From contig NC_086097.1 of NCBI RefSeq assembly GCF_963921235.1, positions 58,282,001-58,346,000 of the forward strand: a stretch of DNA of 64,000 nt, given 5' to 3'. Positions within the stretch are counted from its first letter, which is position 1. Each line of letters opens with the position of its first letter. Positions 1 through 13,104 of the stretch are shown here, piece by piece. A program made the position numbers and the translations under genes. The notes under the pieces are model-generated. The model saw only the letters and a list, made by a program, of their open reading frames with translations, was not told the origin of the DNA and searched no databases. Source of the DNA: Mobula hypostoma (Eukaryota).

Positions 1-2662
1 GATTTTAACTTTCCTAATCTTGACTGTCATCTCCTTAGAGCAAGGGGTTTGGATAGGGTGGAGTTTGTTAGATGTTTTCAGGAAGGTTTCCTGATGCAAT
101 ATATAGATAAGCCAACTGGAGGAGAGGCTGTACTTGATCTGGTATTGGGAAATGAATCTGGTCAGGTGCCAGATCTGTTGGTGGGAGAGCATTTTGGAGG
201 TAGTGATCACAACTCAATCTCCTTTACCATAGTGCTGGAGAAGAATAGGAGCAGACAATTTGGGAAAACATTTAACTGGGGTAGAGGAAAATACGATCCT
301 ATTAGGTAGAAACCTGGAAGCATAAACTAAGAGTATATGTTCTCAGGGAAATGCATGCAGAAATGTGGCAAATGCTCAGGGAACATTTGCATGGTGTTCT
401 GCATAGGTATGTTCTATTGAGGTAGGGAAAAGACAGTAGGGTAAAAAACTAATAGTGTAAAAAGGATGTAAAAATCTAGTTAAGAAGAGAAAAAAGCTTA
501 CAAAAGGTTCGAGAAGCTAGGTACTGTTAGAGCTCTAGAAAATTATGAGGTTGTCAGGAAGGGGTTTAACAATGAGATTAGGAAAGCTAGAAGGGGCCAT
601 AAGAAGGTCGTGGTGAGCAGGATTAAGGAAAACTCCAAGGCATTCTACAAGTATGCGAAGAGCAAGAGGATGAGCCATGTGAGAGTAGGACCATTCAGGT
701 GCTATAGTGGAAACATGTGTATGGAGTTGGAGAAGGTAGCAGAGATACTTAGTAAATACTTTGCTTCAGTATTTACCAATGAAAAGGACCTTGGCATTTG
801 TGGGGATGACTTGCAACGGACTGAAATGCTTGAGCACATAGACATTAGCAAAGAGGATGTGCTGGAGCTTTTGAAAAGTATGAAGTTAGATAAGTCACTG
901 GACCTGGACGAGATATACCCCATGCTACCATGGGAAGCAAGGTAGGAGATTGTCGAGCCTCTGGTGATGATCTTGAAATGAAATGAAATATCTTTATTGT
1001 CATTGCATAGTACAATTTGTCATGCACCAATACAGCGAAAATGAGTTTGCAACTCTCATACTCAGTGCTATAAAACAACAAATAAGATAAATAAACAATA
1101 AATAAATCAAGTAACCAGCCAGTACGAGCAATGTCCAGCAGTACAAAAGCGCAACTCAGAGGCATGACAGCCATAAAACCAGTATTAAAGTAGCAATATA
1201 ACAACTTTGCATCATCAGTAGGGATGGGAGAGGTACAGTACTAGGGGATTGGATGGTGTCAAATGTTGTTTCCTTGTTCAAGAAATGGAGTAGAAATAAC
1301 CCAGGAAATTATAGACCAGTGAGTTTTACTTCAGTGGTGGGCAAGTTGTTGGAGAATGTCCTGAGAGGCAGGGTTTATGAGCATTTGGAGAGACATAATC
1401 TGATTAGGGATAGTCAACATTGCTTTGTCAAGGGAAGGTTGTACCTTACGAGACTGATTAGATTCTTTGAGGATGTAACAAAACATATTGATGAAGGTAG
1501 AATAGTGGATATAGTGTATATGGATTTCAGTAAGGCACTTGATAAGGTTCTCCATGCAAGGGTCATTCAGAAGGTAAGGAGACATGAGATCCAAGGAAAC
1601 CTTGCTTGTGGATCCAGAATTGGCTTGCCCACAGAAGGCAAAGGGTGGTTATAGATAGTTCATATTCTGAATGGACGTCAGTGACCAGTGATCTTCCGCA
1701 GGGATCTTCTTCTGGGACCCCTCCTTGTTGTGGTTTTCATAAATAACCTGGATGAGGAAGTAGAGGGTGGGTTAGTAAGTCTGCTGATGACACAAAAGTT
1801 GGGGGTGTTGTGGATAGCTTGGAGGGTTGTCAGAGGTTTCAGCGGTACATTGATAGGATGCAGAACTGGGCTGAGAAATGGTAGATAGAATTCAATCCAG
1901 ATAAGGGTGAAGTGGTTTATTTCAGTCAGTCAAGTTTGAAGACAGAATATAATATTAATGGTAAGACCCCTGGAGGTGTGGAAGATCCAAGAGATTTTAG
2001 GGTCCACGTCCATAGGGCACTAAAAGCTGCTGCGTAGGTTGACGGTGTTGTTAAGAAGGCATATGGTGTGTTGGCCTTCATCAACCATGGGATTGAGTTC
2101 AAGAGCTGTGAGATAATGTTACAGCTATATAAGACCTTAGTTAGACCCCACTTGGAGTTCTGGTCACCTCACTACAGAAAGGATGTGGATACTATAGAGA
2201 GACTGAAGAGGAGATTCACAAGGATGTTGCCTGGATTGGAGAGCATGCTTTATGAGAATAGGTTGAGTGAACTCGGCCTTTTCTCCTTGGAGTGACAGAG
2301 GATGAGACGTGATCTGATAGAGGTGTATAAAATGTGGATAGTCAGAGGCTTTTTCTCAATCGGAAATAGCTAACTTGAGGGTGTATAGTTTTAAGGTGCT
2401 TGGAAGTAGGTACAGGGGTGATGTCAGAGGTAAGTTTTTCACACAGAGAGTGGTGGGAGTGTGGGATCTGCTAGCATAGAGGCAGACACAATGGGGTCTT
2501 TTAAGAAACTCTTAGATAGGTCCATGGAGCTTAGAAAAATAGAGGGCTACGCAGTAGGGTAACTCTAGGCCATTTTTAGAGTAGATTACATGGTTGGCAC
2601 AACATTGTGGGCCGAAGGGCCTGTAATGTGCTGTGGATAGATATGTTCTACGTTCTATGTTC
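1..2662 (+). mobile_element. CR1-clade LINE, decayed ORF2 (APE endonuclease end, RT, 3' UTR)
   Basis: Starts in the DFNFPN endonuclease motif. ORF pieces read LDLVLGNE, GSDHNSI, PGNYRPVSFTSVVGKLLE, YMDFSKALDKV and LYKTLVRPHLE. Ends in a TGTTCTA-type tail at ~2643-2661. Many stops and frameshifts. Confidence 0.93.
975..1205 (-). mobile_element. Short insertion in the CR1, probably the 3' UTR/tail of a Rex1/Babar-type LINE in antisense
   Basis: The CR1 text GATGATCTT...TTTGCATCATCA is split by ~230 bp beginning (GAAAT)n then TTTATTGTCAT. This matches the reversed tail layout of other Rex1-type 3' ends in the window. Confidence 0.5.
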
Positions 2663-2744
2663 AGCTAGATTTTCATTATGTAAGTTATTCTACAATTTTA
2701 GGTGAAAATTATTTGTATTCCTCGTGTTTGTGTGTCATTACTTG

Positions 2745-2885
2745 TTTTTCTAAAATGGATAGGAAGTGTTTAGACGGAAATAGGCCAAACACAGGTGAAT
2801 GGAATTATCTCAGGCAGGAGCTATGGTACGGATGAATAGTGTCAAATAAACTGTCTCTGTGCTGTATAGCTCTATGACCCTGTGA
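2745..2885 (+). mobile_element. CR1 3'-terminal fragment
   Basis: ATGGATAGGAAGTGTTTAGA...GGCCAAACACAGG...TGTCTCTGTGCTGTATAGCTCTATGAC resembles the other CR1 3' ends here. Confidence 0.5.
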
Positions 2886-3157
2886 GATTTGTGTAGTAAG
2901 TTCAGGAGAGAAGACAAAATCATCATAATTAAATGTCCTTGTTGAAGCTGAAGATTAAGCTTCCCATTATTCCACAAATTTTGGGCAAACCCAGACTTTT
3001 TACACAATCTATCTGAAAAACTTGCCTCACTTAATATTTGGGTATTTGTTTCTTGTCAATAACAAGTCAGTAATTATTGAGCAATTAATGGACATTTTCT
3101 TCATTTTTGACATCAAAATTTGCAATACTTGTGGGCATAATTCCCATATTTAGTTCC

Positions 3158-3645
3158 TTAAGGTTGGTATAGACGGGGTGGTAATTTGGACAAGTTCGAA
3201 CTACCTGTTAAATACTTCCAAAAAGCATGCACCTCAGATAGCCGCTGAAAACCAGTCACTCCGGGTGGATGGGGCTCATCAGCTGTGATTGGCAGCTCAT
3301 CTAGAGGAAGGGAAGCTCTGATTTCAAACCTCTGCTGCCTTGTGGCTACACCCACTCATGGGGAAGGCTTCGGGAGTAAACCCCGAGGGAAAAATCTAGA
3401 GCTGCAGTCCCTAAGGCAGTCCTACGTTGAGTTCAACACTGACTGGCAACTCCTGTGACGGTGCTGGTACCAAACTGTACCGGTCTCTGCTGTTCCTTTG
3501 GGTTCGTCATATGTGTGGAGAGGGGTAGCCTGCTACACGGGCAACAGCTTGCTCTCCGTATCGTACTGCCCAGTTTTGCTTATCTAGACAGCTAGGACGC
3601 AATATGGTCGACTCTGACTGACAGAGGCCTCGCTCACTCACTCAG
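3158..3645 (+). mobile_element. Non-coding RTE/RTE-X-related short element (5' UTR-like body, short-repeat tail)
   Basis: GC-richer block with CTGCCTTGTGG, GGGAGTAAA, CCCTAAGGCAG and GCTGGTACCA, ending in (CTCA)n. The same motifs occur in order on the minus strand at 14660-14990. The family name is from memory of RTE-X 5' UTRs. Confidence 0.45.
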
Positions 3646-5769
3646 TTTCCATGTATAAATTGTGCAGGAATGCATTGCTCCTACATATCCATTTAATACA
3701 ATGCTGATGTGCTAGTGGGTTTGCATGGGGGCAGTTGCATTTAGGGTAGCACCCACTCTTTTAAAATAGCAGTAAAACTAATTGATGAGGGCATGTAGGC
3801 ACCTGAAATTTAAAGCTGTGACTCTCAGAAATGTAAAATTCCCTGGACAGAACTTCTGGTGGGATTGGTTCCTACTTAAGGGCTGCTTTTGTCTTTCTTG
3901 AGACTATAGATCCTGTCGTTATTTATTTCTTTAGCTTTGGATTCAGCCTTGCTGCTGTGCCTCATTATGTAAGACACTCTGCCTGTTAACATTTCCCTGT
4001 CCCTTATGAATTTGTCTATTCATCTTGGCTTCACAGTCACAGGAAAAGCTCAGTTTCAAACTGTGCAGTCAACAGGAAATGCAGGTGTGACTTTTCAGAA
4101 GTTGCACTGGGACATTTATAATACTGCCCAGGAAATCCTGCCATGATACTCCAAACAATAATGCAAATTGCCCTGGGAGATACAGCTAAATTTTCAAAAG
4201 GATCAGCAGGAAATCTGGGAAGCCCCTTTGTGCATCAGCAGGATGAAACACCAAGAAGCTAAATTTCAGTGTCATAGCATTCAGTGCCAAATGCATATTC
4301 CATAATAATCAGAAAACTGAATTAATAGACATTGTGAAGAATAACCAAACATTCCAGTATCTAACCTTTACATGCCCTTGCTACCACAACAACTTGACTC
4401 TTCACAGCTTGCCCATCACTTCCAAAAAAACTTGCCAACAGCAAATTGGAAAGAATCTATTGGTCTGACTTTGTCATGCAAGACTGTTAAACGAGCTCAT
4501 CTTTGGACTTGGTGCATCAATTTAAATTGTTGTGAAAGTCAATCTGAACCAATCAACTTCAGCAGCAATATAGCACAGTATTATGTGAAATGTGATTAAT
4601 TCCTACCACACAAAGTTGCTGAAAGAGATACAGATGTGCAAACCCTAAGATTGCTTTCTTTAACATCTGTGGTAGTATACTGAAACCATTGTACCATGAA
4701 AATATTCTAAAAATTGGAAATTTAATGTAGTTTTTTTGCTATGATCCCGTTCAATTTCCAGCAGGATTGAAGGATAAATAATGACTGCCTTGCCTCCTTG
4801 CCTCGAACTTACATCCCCTCATCTTTACCAGGACCACTGATACTTGCCCTGTGAGTTGTGCCTTAGAGATTGGAGCCAAATCTATCTTGGATATCTGAAA
4901 GGTAAGAAAGGTGGGCTGTCATTAATGGAGTTGGGGAAACATGGTTACAGCTTTCACAGTTTGTGAGATAGGAGAGCTTATTGAATGAGGAGAGGCAAAA
5001 TATGAAATGGAACATTAAATTTGCTGACATCAATCTCATCAATAAATTCCAAACCATGCTGGCCATGGCCTGAGGCAAGTCCCTTCCCATCATATTCAGA
5101 AGCCACTCATTCAAGTGGGTTAAAACATATATACTCATATCCTTTCCTGTTAATTGCTGTTGGCTCTTGTTAGACACCATCTCCTTCCACGTGTCAAATT
5201 GATGTGAATCAGTGACTGTCATGCAATGTGCTTGGTTGGATGTCTCTCATCGTTAAATAGCTGGGATGCAAACTGTGGGCTGTAGTGGAGTATATGAAAA
5301 ATAGGTCAAAGTTATGTTAGATAACTAGTAGACAAGTGATGCAGTACTCCATGCAGTAGGGGTAAGGTTGCTGATCCTGTATATGGCTATTACCGATGCA
5401 TGCAACTTTGCTTCTGTTTCCTCATTGCTGAAGTCCTGGCCTTAAAGTTCAGTGTTTTTGTTTTCCATTATCTTTCTACCATGCATCTGAAAAGCCTCTT
5501 GCATCTTGCAGTATGGATGTTTCTCCTCGTTTGCATCTCCTCCAGTAGGACAGCAAATGCATCGTTTGAAATCCTTGGAGCACCCACCAAGATTTCCTTC
5601 AAAATATGTCAGCACCCACCAAGATTTCCTTCAAATTGTGTCTATCAGCCACTGTGTACCTTCCCTTAAGGGATGCTGATTGCTGTAGGTAGTGTTGACA
5701 AGCTTAGTATAGTGCAAGCAAGGAATGATTTACTTCCCCTGCTGATGAATAGCACAGTTAGAGGTGGAG

Positions 5770-5895
5770 ACAAAGAACCTGCAGTTGCTGTAATCTGGAG
5801 TGAAGAAATAAACTGCTGGAGGAACTCAACCAGTTAGACAGCATCTATGGAGGCGATTGGAGGATTGACATTTCAATTCAAACCCTGCGACAGTA
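5770..5895 (-). mobile_element. Penelope-derived short repeat (pLTR fragment)
   Basis: CTGCAGTTGCTG...TGCTGGAGGAACTCA...CAGCATCTATGG, shared with the pLTR next to the GIY-YIG ORF at 43240-43362. Confidence 0.6.
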
Positions 5896-6334
5896 AATGA
5901 ACAGTAAATGAAACAGTAACTGAATTCTATTCAGAAATCATAATGATTGGACAGCATGATATTTGTATCTTGCTTGCTTTACATTGACTGGGTGCGGGTT
6001 TATCTTCAATCGAGATCCTTGTTCCTAATTTTCCAATTTAGCCTCATGAATCTGCCATTTCTAATCTTACTACTAATGGAACTTCTGTGATTTTCCTCAT
6101 TCTCTTCGGAATATAACTTTAAACTTCACTCAGAAAGTTCCACTTGACAAATTGTCATCAATAAAACCAATAAAGATCAATTCCATTGCATGAACTCTTC
6201 TCCAAAATCAACTATTATATATGGCTGTTTTGCATTGGATTCCTCAGAAAACAAGGCTGAAGTACCATGTGGCATTTCTTATTAATTTTTAAAATTAATT
6301 TTTGCATTTTTCTTGTTTAAACAATCATAAAATA

Positions 6335-7060
6335 CAAGAATATTCTGCACAGAAGGAAACCATTTAGCCTATTGTGTCCATATGATCCAATGAAAACAAT
6401 TCAGTCTGAACCTACCTTTCTTGTTTTTGGCCCAAATCTTTATGGGTTATGGCACTTCAAGTGGTTATCCAAATATCTTATAATTTATGAAGAGGAACTC
6501 TGCTCTTACCATTTTTCAAATGAGTTCCAGAATTCCTACCTCCTTGTATGAAAGAATTTCAACCCCTTCTCTCGCCAACAGTTTTAAGCTTCCTGTCAGT
6601 TACCTTAACTTAATGTCCTTTAGATCCTTTCTATTAAGCAGAATTGGCTGTTCTTGTCCATTCTGTGTAGGCCCCTCATGGTTTTATACTTGTCAATTAA
6701 ATCTTTCCCTCAGCATCTTTTGTTCCAAAGAAAGCAGTATCAACTTAGTTATTCTTAATTGAAATGCTCTGCTTCTTGGACAGTCTCATAAAGTTCATCA
6801 GTCCTCTTTCCAGTGAAATCACATCCTTTCCTAATATGATGACCTGAGCTAAATACTGCACTCCATCCATAGCCTAATTCTTTAATCAATTGCAGCATAG
6901 CCTCTCAGCTCTTATAAAGATTCATCTAACAGGGTATTAATCTCATGAATCTTCTACCAACTTCTGGAATTTGTGGACATGTGCTCTATGGTTGTTATCT
7001 TAGTGCCTTATCATTTATTGTATATCTTTGCCTTGCTCGTCCTTTCCAAGTGGAAATATC
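6335..7060 (-). mobile_element. Old, highly decayed CR1 3' fragment
   Basis: Reversed CR1 3' features such as GAGTTCCAGA, CCCCTCATGGTTTTATAC and CACATCCTTTCC...TACTGCACTCCA. Confidence 0.45.
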
Positions 7061-8106
7061 CTTCCAGCTGTGAAACTGATCTTCAATATCTCAACGCTAC
7101 TGTTTTCTCCTTCAGTTTCTCTTAGATTTCCATTCTTGATTTTTTTCTTCAAGGAGCAATAACAAAACATGAAGATAATATTGCTCATGATTAATAAGGT
7201 TCAAGGTTAACTGTAATTTTTAGTATAACATTTCCTTTAACAATGTACCTACAAATGTGCCTGCAATGGTCCCGATTTAATCACTTTCATGTTTGCATTT
7301 CTGTTTATATTACAAAGAATGAGGCATTGTTATTCTTGTCATTGTGTTTTATTTCTCCCAATGGTAAAAATATAAATAAAATGGTCTCTCAAGAAACTTT
7401 GGTCAACTCCCCACTCCCACCAAACTCCTCCACCCTTTCCCAGCAGAACTACTTCACATCACTACTTCCCAGCACAAACACCGTCATCAACAATGCTCAA
7501 ACTTAAGCAGCTGCCAGACCATCTCATGCTGCTTATTGACATGAAAGCTTATAGTTTGTATATGAACATGTGAGCTTCCTAGTTATTAGTTGAAAATATT
7601 TGCAATTGAAAAGTCATTTGCTTCAGTTGTATAAGTGCATTTTTTCCTTGAGGAAAGTCTTAAAATAAAGTGTTAAGTATCATTTTTTTTCCTGCAGAAG
7701 AGTCATTATATTAATGGTCTGACATTTGCTACAGCATTTCAACTAATAGTTTTTGCCATTAGTCCAATCTATCCTTGTAAGGATAGATTTTAACATTTTT
7801 TTAATCTGGCAAAGTGCTGAAAGTGCAAGCTGATAATTTAGCAGGAAATAAAGCAAAACATCTGGGGTCTCAGTAAACCAATAAAATTGAAAGGCAACAA
7901 AATAAGTAGCATAAGGCTTGATAAGGAAGTGTAAATTAGATCGGATGGATTCAGTCTCAAGCCAAGCAGTGAAGAGGAGATAAAGGGAAATGCTGAAAGG
8001 AGATAAATTATCATTTAAAAATCTACAGCAATGATTTTAATATTTGCAGAACAGAGATTCTACATATATCATTAATTTACATGCCAATGTGGCTGACTGG
8101 CAAGTA

Positions 8107-11100
8107 TTAACTTACTGACAGCCCTTTACTACCCTGGCATTTGGGGCAGCAATGAAGGCCCTTGGCCATCTTCTCTATTGTGCACCAGCTGTGGTTCAGT
8201 GTCCTCATTTCTGCCTCTAAGACATGACACCAAGCTGACATTGGCCTCCTGCATTTCCTCCGCCCTTCAGAGGTGCATTGAATGGTGATGGAGTTGGCCT
8301 CTCTTCGTATCATGTGCCCAATCCATTTCCAATGTTTCCTCATGATGATTGTGGCCATGTCCTCTGATGACACTGAAGGAGTAGGGCGTGGTTGGAGACC
8401 TTTCTTTGCCAGAAAATACAAAGGATCTTTCGGAGGCTCCTGGTGTGGTGGAATGACGAGAGCTTGGCCAGGTCACTGTCTGACATACACCAGCATTCTG
8501 ACCTGTACAAGAGTGTGGACAGAACACAGCTTCACCTCTTTGCGGACGTTGTACTTGGTTGATCCCCATACGTCGCTCATTGTTTCTAGCTTTGCTGAAT
8601 CTGTACTGGATGTCAGTCTTGGTCCCACCATCCAGATGAATGTTGTTGCCCAGATAGGTAAATCAGCTGGTCCCGGGTAAGTCGATGCCATAAGCCTTCA
8701 TGGGAGGATGAAACTACATTAAGGGTCATGGCCTCAGTCTTTCTCTGGCTAACTTTGAGACTAAATTGTCCACCAAAGGTACATAGGTTCTGAGTTTTCT
8801 CTTGCATGTGCAGGTGTGTATGTGATAGTATTTGAGGTCATCCCAAAGCCGAGGTCTTCTAAAGTAGAGAATAGAGTCCGCCTAATGCCTCTCTGCTTAC
8901 CTTTCACTGTTTACGTCATAGCCCAGCCAGTCACCAGGTTAAACAATATCACCGACATCACACAGCCTTGCCCGACTCCTGACTTGACTTCAAAACTCAA
9001 ATTGCAGTCCGCAACGGTGCAGGTGAAATTAACATAGAAACTCTGGATAAGCTGGACAATTTTGGAAGGGATCCCATATGATCTGAGAATTCGGCGGAGG
9101 CTCTCTGTGCGGATGCTATCAAAAGCCTTTTCAAAGTCCACAAAATTTACATACAGTTGTCCCTGCCACTCAGAGCACTGCTCTGTGATGTTACGCAGCG
9201 TGAAGATCTGGTCTACACAGACTGTGCTTCCTGAAGCCAGCTTGCTCTTTCCACAAGCACACATCAACAGCGTCCGTAATCCAATGGACAATGACCTTGG
9301 CGAGAATCTTGCTGGGCACTGACAAAAATATGATATCACCCCAGTTGTTGCTATCACTTAGTGCTCTTTTCTTAGGGATCCTAACAATAACACCCTTTGT
9401 CCAGTCCTTGGGTACTTGTCCCGTTCCCAAATTATAATAAACAGTGGTTGCTGGATGCCTGCTGCATCTTTTGCTTCAGCTGTGAAAAGTTCAGCGTTCA
9501 AATTGTTATGTCCTGGAGCTTTGCTGTTCTTTAATGACTTAATTGCAGCAACAATCTCTTCTTTCTTGGGTGGATCTGTGTTGATGTCGAGATCCTCTGC
9601 TGCCTCGTGTATGTGAGGTTCTTTATCCGGTGGTGGTCTATGCAGTAATTCTCTGAAATATTCCATCCATTGTGCTTCTTGCTCTTTTCCACTTGTCCAA
9701 AAGCAGACTGTTTCAATTTCTCATGGGACCACTGGATCTGGCCTGGAACTTCCCGCATACCAATTTTGAAACCTTGTACATATTTTGTTGATCACTTAAT
9801 TGGCTGCTGTTTCCAGTCTCCTCTGCAAGGTCTTCCATGTAGACTCTCTTATCCTTTTCTATAAGTCTCTTTGCTTTCTTGTTAGCTTCAGTGGAAGCTG
9901 GTTGGTTTCACTTAAATTCATGTTGACTTTGCTTCTAACACTTTCTTCTTAATTTAACGTCTTTCTTCTAAGGCTGTCCCTATTTCCATTCTTTGTTCTT
10001 CGTTGTCCTCGTTGTCCACAGGAATGGTACCGGAGGATTGGAGGGAGGTGAATGTTGTCCCCTTGTTCAAAAAAGGTAGTAGGGATAGTCCAGGTAATTA
10101 TAGACCAGTGAGCCTTATGTCTGTGGTGGGAAAGCTGTTGGAAAAGATTCTTAGAGATAGGATCTATGGGCTTATAGAGAATCATAGTCTGATCAGGGAC
10201 AGTCAGCATGGCTTTGTGAAGGGCAGATCGTGTCTAACAAGCCTGGTAGAGTTCTTTGAGGAGGTGACCAGGCATATAGATGAGGGTAGTGCAGTGGATG
10301 TGATCTATATGGATTTTAGTAAGGCATTTGACAAGGTTCCACACAGTAGGCTTATTCAGAAAGTCAGAAGGCATGGGATCCAGGGAATTTTGGCCAGGTG
10401 GATTCAGAATTGGCTTGCCTGCAGAAGGCAGAGGGTGGTGGTGGAGGGAGTACATTCAGAGTGGAGGATTGTGACTAGTGGTGTTCCACAAGGATCTGTT
10501 CTGGGATCTCTACTTTTCGTGATTTTTATTAACGACCTTGATGTGGGGGTAGAAGGATGGGTTGGCAAGTTTGCAGACAACACAAAGGTTGGTGATGTTG
10601 TAGATAGTGTAGAGGATTGTCAAAGATTGCAGAGAGACATTGATAGGATGCAGAAGTGGGCTGAGAAGTGGCAGATGGAGTTCAACCCGGAGAAGTGTGA
10701 GGTGAAACACTTTGGAAGGACAAACTCCAAGGCAGAGTACAAAGTAAATGGCAGGATACTTGGTAGTGTGGAGGAGCAGAGGGATCTGGGGGTACATGTC
10801 CACAGATCCCTGAAAGTTGCCTTACAGGTGGATAGAGTAGTTAAGAAAGCTTACGGGGTGTTAGCTTTCATAAGTCGAGGGATAGAGTTTAAGAGTCGTG
10901 ATGTAATGATGCAGCTCTATAAAACTCTGGTTAGGCCACACTTGGAGTACTGTGTCCATTTCCAGTCGCCTCATTATAGGAAGCATGTGGAAGCATTGGA
11001 AAGGGTATCGAGGAGATTTACCAGGATGCTGCCTGGTTTAGAGAGTATGGATTATGATCAGAGATTGAGGGAGCCAGGGCTTTACTCTTTGGAGGGAAGG

Positions 11101-12790
11101 AGGATGAGAGGAGACATGATAGAGGTGTACAAGATAATAAGAGGAATAGATAGAGTGGATAGCCAGCTCCTCTTCCTCAGGGCACCACTGCTCAATTCAA
11201 GAGGACATAGCTTTAAGGTAAGGGGTGGGAAGTTCAAGAGGGATATTAGAGGAAGGTTTTTGACTCAGAGAGTGGTTGGTGTGTGGAATGCACTGACTGA
11301 GTCAGTGGTGGAGGCAGATACACTAGTGAAGTTTAAGAGACTACTAGACAGGTATATGGAGGAATTTAAGTTGGGGCTTATATGGGAGGCAGGGTTTGAG
11401 GGTTGGCACAACATTGTGGGCCGAAGGGCCTGTACCGTGCTGTACTATTCTATGTTCTATGTTCTTTCCGGTTCTATATCCTAGCCAAGCCTCTCTGCTC
11501 TCCTTGAAGACTGTGGGAATCTGTTTCCACATTGTGTCGATCTTCTCTACCGATACATCCATGTCAAGGTATTGCAAGGACTGGAATCTGTTCTTAAACT
11601 GAATGGTGAAGGAAGATCTTACAATCGTGACCTTAAGCTTCTCAACTTCATAATGTTTTTGCACATGTGTTCTGGTCCCAGTGCTTCACAGCTTGAATTT
11701 CATCACTGCTACAAAAAGCTGGTGACCACTTCCTGTATCTGCTCCTCTCTTCACCTTTACATCCTGCAAGGATTGACTCCACGTACCATTGATCATCAAA
11801 TAGTAATCTGGTTCTTGTCACGTCCACTAGGTGAGCACCATGTCGGTGTGGATTTCTTAGTGTGGAAAGATGGTCCCTTTTATGATCAGATTGTTCACAG
11901 CACAGAATTCCACCAGTCTTTCACCATTTTTACTCATCAGTCTACATCTATGAGTGCCCATGACCCTAGCGAATTGTGAGTTGTTATTTCTCACTTCGGC
12001 ATTCAGATCTTCCGTGACGATGATTATGTCATGGGCTGGCATTAACCTCCAATTGCAGCTGTTCATAGAAGATATCTTTTTCTTCAATGTCACTATCATT
12101 AGTTGGACCATAGCACTGGATCACTGTTATGTTCACTAACTTCCCTTTCAGCCTGACTCTCATCAGCCTACTGTTGATTGGTTTCCACATCAGCAAGCGC
12201 TTCTTAATGCCTTTCTTCAAAATGACAGCCACGCATGCCATCACAGTGCTGACCGGCTTCCCTTCCTGAGTATAAATCTGTTTCACCAGTTGCTTCCTTT
12301 AGTCATTCAGACCCTGTTCATCTGCTTTCACTGACACACAGTATAGGTAGATATTAATGACACATTTCTGCAGTTATTTGTGCTAGCTTGCCAGAGTTGT
12401 ACATTCCAAATTTCAATTTTGGTCTTGGTCTTGGTGGTGTTCAGGGTTTTCTTCATTGTGTTAGTAGCTTCCTCTCAGTTTTCACTACTGTCAATCATGC
12501 AAGCCCCAGATGGAGTCTCACGGATACTGTCACACGCAGATATAGAAAGATTCTTCATTGCTGTTCACTTAACAGTTTTTTTGTCCAGACAGGGTTGTTA
12601 GCCCTGAGCTGAACCCCCAAATCTTGAGGACCAGTGGACCATTTTAGTCTGTCCTCTACCCCACCTGTTTGGTACGAGTGACCCTACCAAGAGCCAAAGC
12701 CCAAGGCCCTGATTCCAGCCAACGTAGCTCTCCTAGACATTGAGGCACACAAGCCTCCAATCCTTACAAGAAGGTTGTGGTCTTGAAGGA
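8107..12790 (-). mobile_element. RTE-clade LINE, near full length but decayed, interrupted by a CR1 at 10001-11466
   Basis: Minus-strand pieces: IQCYGPTND and DLNAEV (APE), LKNSKAPGHNNLNAELF, DWTKGVIVRIPKK, VDFEKAFDSI, SGVGQGCVMS, WKWIGHMIRR. RTE-type 5' UTR at ~12590-12790. Confidence 0.88.
10001..11466 (+). mobile_element. Young 5'-truncated CR1 LINE with an open RT-domain frame
   Basis: 493-aa ORF 10003-11484 with NYRPVSL, QHGF, YMDFSKAFDKVPH, GVPQGSVLG and FADNTK. TATGTTC tail. TGTTCTT is duplicated at 9994-10000 and 11460-11466. Confidence 0.96.
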
Positions 12791-13104
12791 GAAATTAAGA
12801 GCTTATCATTAAAAGTAATTTCCTCTTGTGACTTTATTCACCATATGAATGCAACAGAATCAATGTATCAATGCACATTGAGGATGTGATAGTCAGCAGG
12901 ATGCCATTATCTGAAAGGTAACTTTGGATTTTTACATTTCAGATAGCCACTGTCGTATACTTGCATTTAACCAAAGCCTCTTTCCATGTCCTGCAATTAC
13001 TGTAGAATTTGTGCAGGTATTATGGAAATTGTCATTAACTTTAATGTGAATTTCATGGCAATATGCATATTAACTTCCTCCATTGTCTTAAGTAATTAAG
13101 GAAC

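Noticed and set aside
10003..11484. 493-aa ORF as a host gene
   Set aside because: It is a 5'-truncated CR1 RT with a tail and TSD, has no true start, and carries FADN at the catalytic motif.
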